A DNA stretch of 63,589 nt, counting the filler, from Chiloscyllium plagiosum (taxonomy: Eukaryota), in the NCBI RefSeq assembly GCF_004010195.1. It is 3 parts of 2 records of this genome, joined end to end, with 100 filler letters (N's around TTAATTAATTAA, not from the genome) between each part and the next. Parts side by side here need not be neighbours in the genome. Positions count along the whole stretch, not along the records: positions 61,328 to 63,589 come from NC_057715.1; 2 more parts are not named here. The stretch is one strand, 5' to 3'. The position numbers were made by a program, and so were the translations under genes. Below, piece after piece: positions 61,328 to 63,589 of the stretch. The number at the start of each line of letters is the position of its first letter. The first letter of the stretch is position 1. The notes beneath the pieces were generated by a model that was not told the DNA's origin, did not search any database, and saw nothing but the letters and a program-made list of their open reading frames with translations.

Positions 61328-63589
61328 GAGGTGCTGAATTGTCAGAGGGTAAGCACAGAGGAGTTCGTGCATTGTCAAAGGGTAAGCACAGAGGCGGTGT
61401 TGCACCATCAGAGGGTCAGCACAGAGGAGATGCTGCACTGTTAAAGTGTGAGCAGAGAGGATAGATTATGAGATGGCACACCGTGAAAGGATCATTACAG
61501 AGGTAATGCTGCACTGTCAGAGGGTCAGCACGATGGAGGTGCTGAACTGTCAGAGGGTCAGCACAGTGGAGGTGCTGCACTGTCAAAGGGTTAGCACAGA
61601 GGAAGTGCTGCAATGTCTTTGGGTCAGCACAGAGGAGGTGCTAAACTGTCAGAGGGTAAGCGCAGAGGAGGTGCTGAACTGTCAGAGTGATAGCACAGCG
61701 GAGGTGCTGAACTGTCAGTGGGTCAGCACAGAAGAGATGCTGCACTGTCAAAGGTTCAGCACAGAGGAAGTGCTGCATTGTCACAGGGTCAGCATAGAGG
61801 AGATGCTGCACTGTCAGAGGGTCAGCACAGAGGAGGTGTTGCACTGTCAAAGGGTTAGCACAGAGGAGGTGCTGAACTGTCAGAGGGTAAGCACAGAGGA
61901 GATGCTGAAATGTCAGAGGGTGAACACACAGTAAGTGCTGAACCATCAGAGAGTCAGTACAGAGGACGTGCCGTACAGTCAGAGGGGCTGCACAGAGGAG
62001 GTGCTGTATTGTCAGAGGGGCTGCACAGAGGAGGTGCTGAACTGTCAGAGGATAAGCACAGAGGAGTTCGAGCATTGTCAAAGGGTAACCACAGAGGCGG
62101 GTGCTGCAGTGTGAGAGGGTCAGCACAGAAGAGGTGTTGCACCATCAGAGGGTCAGCACAGATGAGATGCTGCACTGTCAAAGGGTGAGCAGAGAGGATA
62201 GATTATGAGAGTGGCAAACTGTGAGAGGATCATTACAGAGGTAATGCTGCACTGTCAGAGGGTCAGCACGATGGAGGTGCTGAACTGTCAGAGGGTCAAC
62301 ACAGAGGAGGTGCTGCACTGTCAAAGGGTTAGCACAGAGGAAGTGCTGAACTGTCAGAGGGCAAGCACAGAGGAGGTGCTGCACTGTCTTTGGGTCAGTA
62401 CAGAGGAGGTGCTGCACTGTCTTTGGGTCAGCACAGAGGAGGTGCTAAACTGTCAGAGGGTAAGCGCAGAGGAAGTGCTGAACTTTCAGAGCGATAGCAC
62501 AGCGGAGGTGATGAACTGTCAGTGGGTCAGCACAGAGAAGGTGCTGCACTGTCAAAGGTTCAGCACAGAGGAGGTGCTGAACTGTCAGTAAGTCAGAACA
62601 GTGAAGCTGCTGCACTGTCGAAGGTTCAGCACAGAGTAGGTGCTGCATTGTCACAGGGTCAGCACAGAGGTGAGGCTGCACTGTCAGAGGGTAAGCACAG
62701 AGGAGGTGTTGCACCATCAGAGGGTCAGCACAGGGGAGATGCTGCACTGTCAAAGGGTGAGCAGAGAGGATAGATTATGAGAGTGGCAAACTGTGAGAGG
62801 ATCATTACAGAGGTATTGCTGCACTGTCAGAGGGTCAGCACGATGGAGTTGCTGAACTGTCAGACGGTAAGTGCAGAGGAGGTGCTGAACTGTCAGAGCG
62901 ATAGCACAGCGGAGGTGATGAACTGTCAGTGGGTCAGCACAGAGAAGGTGCTGCAGTGTCAAAGGTTCAGCACAGAGGAGGTGCTGCATTGTCACAGGAT
63001 CAGCACATAGGAAGTGCTGAACTGTCAGAGGGTAAGCACAGAGGAGGTGCTGCACTGTCTTTGGGTCAGCACAGAGGAGTTGCTGCACTGTCAGAGGGTT
63101 AGCACAGAGGAGATGCTGAAAAGTCAGAGGGTGAGCACACAGTAAGTGCTGAACCGTCAGAGGGTCAGCACAGAGGAGGTGCTGCACTGTCAAATGGTTA
63201 GCACAGAGGAGGTGCTGAAATGTCAGAGGGTAAGGACAGAGGAGGTGCTGCACTGTCAGTAACTCAGAACAGTGAAGGTGCTGCACTGTCTTTGGGTCAG
63301 CACAGAGGAGGTGCTAAACTGTCAGAGGGTAAGCGCAGAGGAAGTGCTGAACTTTCAGAGGGATAGCACAGCGGAGGTGATGAACTGTCAGTGGGTCAGC
63401 ACAGAGAAGGGGCTGCACTGTCAAACTTTCAGCACAGAGGAGGTGCTGCATTGTCACAGGGTCAGCATAGAGGAGATGCTGCACTGTCAGATGGTCAGCA
63501 CAGAGGAGGTGCTGAACTGTCAGAGGGTCAACACAGAGGAGGTGCTGCACTGTCAAAGGGTTAGCACAGAGGAGGTGCTGAACTGTCAG
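61328..63589. repeat. 33-bp minisatellite (consensus CAGAGGGTCAGCACAGAGGAGGTGCTGCACTGT)
   Basis: Tandem copies run to the window end and give an 11-aa periodicity in the ORF track (EEVLHCQRVST). Confidence 0.95.

Noticed and set aside
61473..63556. Long ORFs with EEVLHCQRVST / TVQHLLCADPL repeats
   Set aside because: By-product of a 33-bp minisatellite, open on both strands, with no zinc-finger spacing.

Overview
Vertebrate genomic DNA, by inference a shark, judged from the HE1/V-SINE, CR1, Rex1 and Penelope-like repeat complement. The window is dominated by decayed retroelements. One confidently identified gene lies on the + strand: an SLC52A3-type riboflavin transporter with three coding exons (41913/41931-42967, 47837-47960, 53089-53301). 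A second, unidentified gene is proposed on the - strand, head-to-head with it from a CpG-richer promoter carrying an RFX X-box (~36.9 kb). Its phase-compatible exons (36824-36872, 20144-20323, 14169-14234, 1877-1942) include a tandemly amplified 66-bp exon encoding a repeated M-[ST]-x-D-S-L-E motif; one extra copy is splice-dead and another is diverged. Penelope-like terminal repeats carry minimal hammerhead ribozyme cores (CUGANGA...GAAAC), and many occur as ~200-bp palindromic mini-elements. The window ends in a 33-bp minisatellite and contains several N gaps, two of them with an artificial TTAATTAATTAA spacer. Repeat boundaries are approximate and were read by eye.
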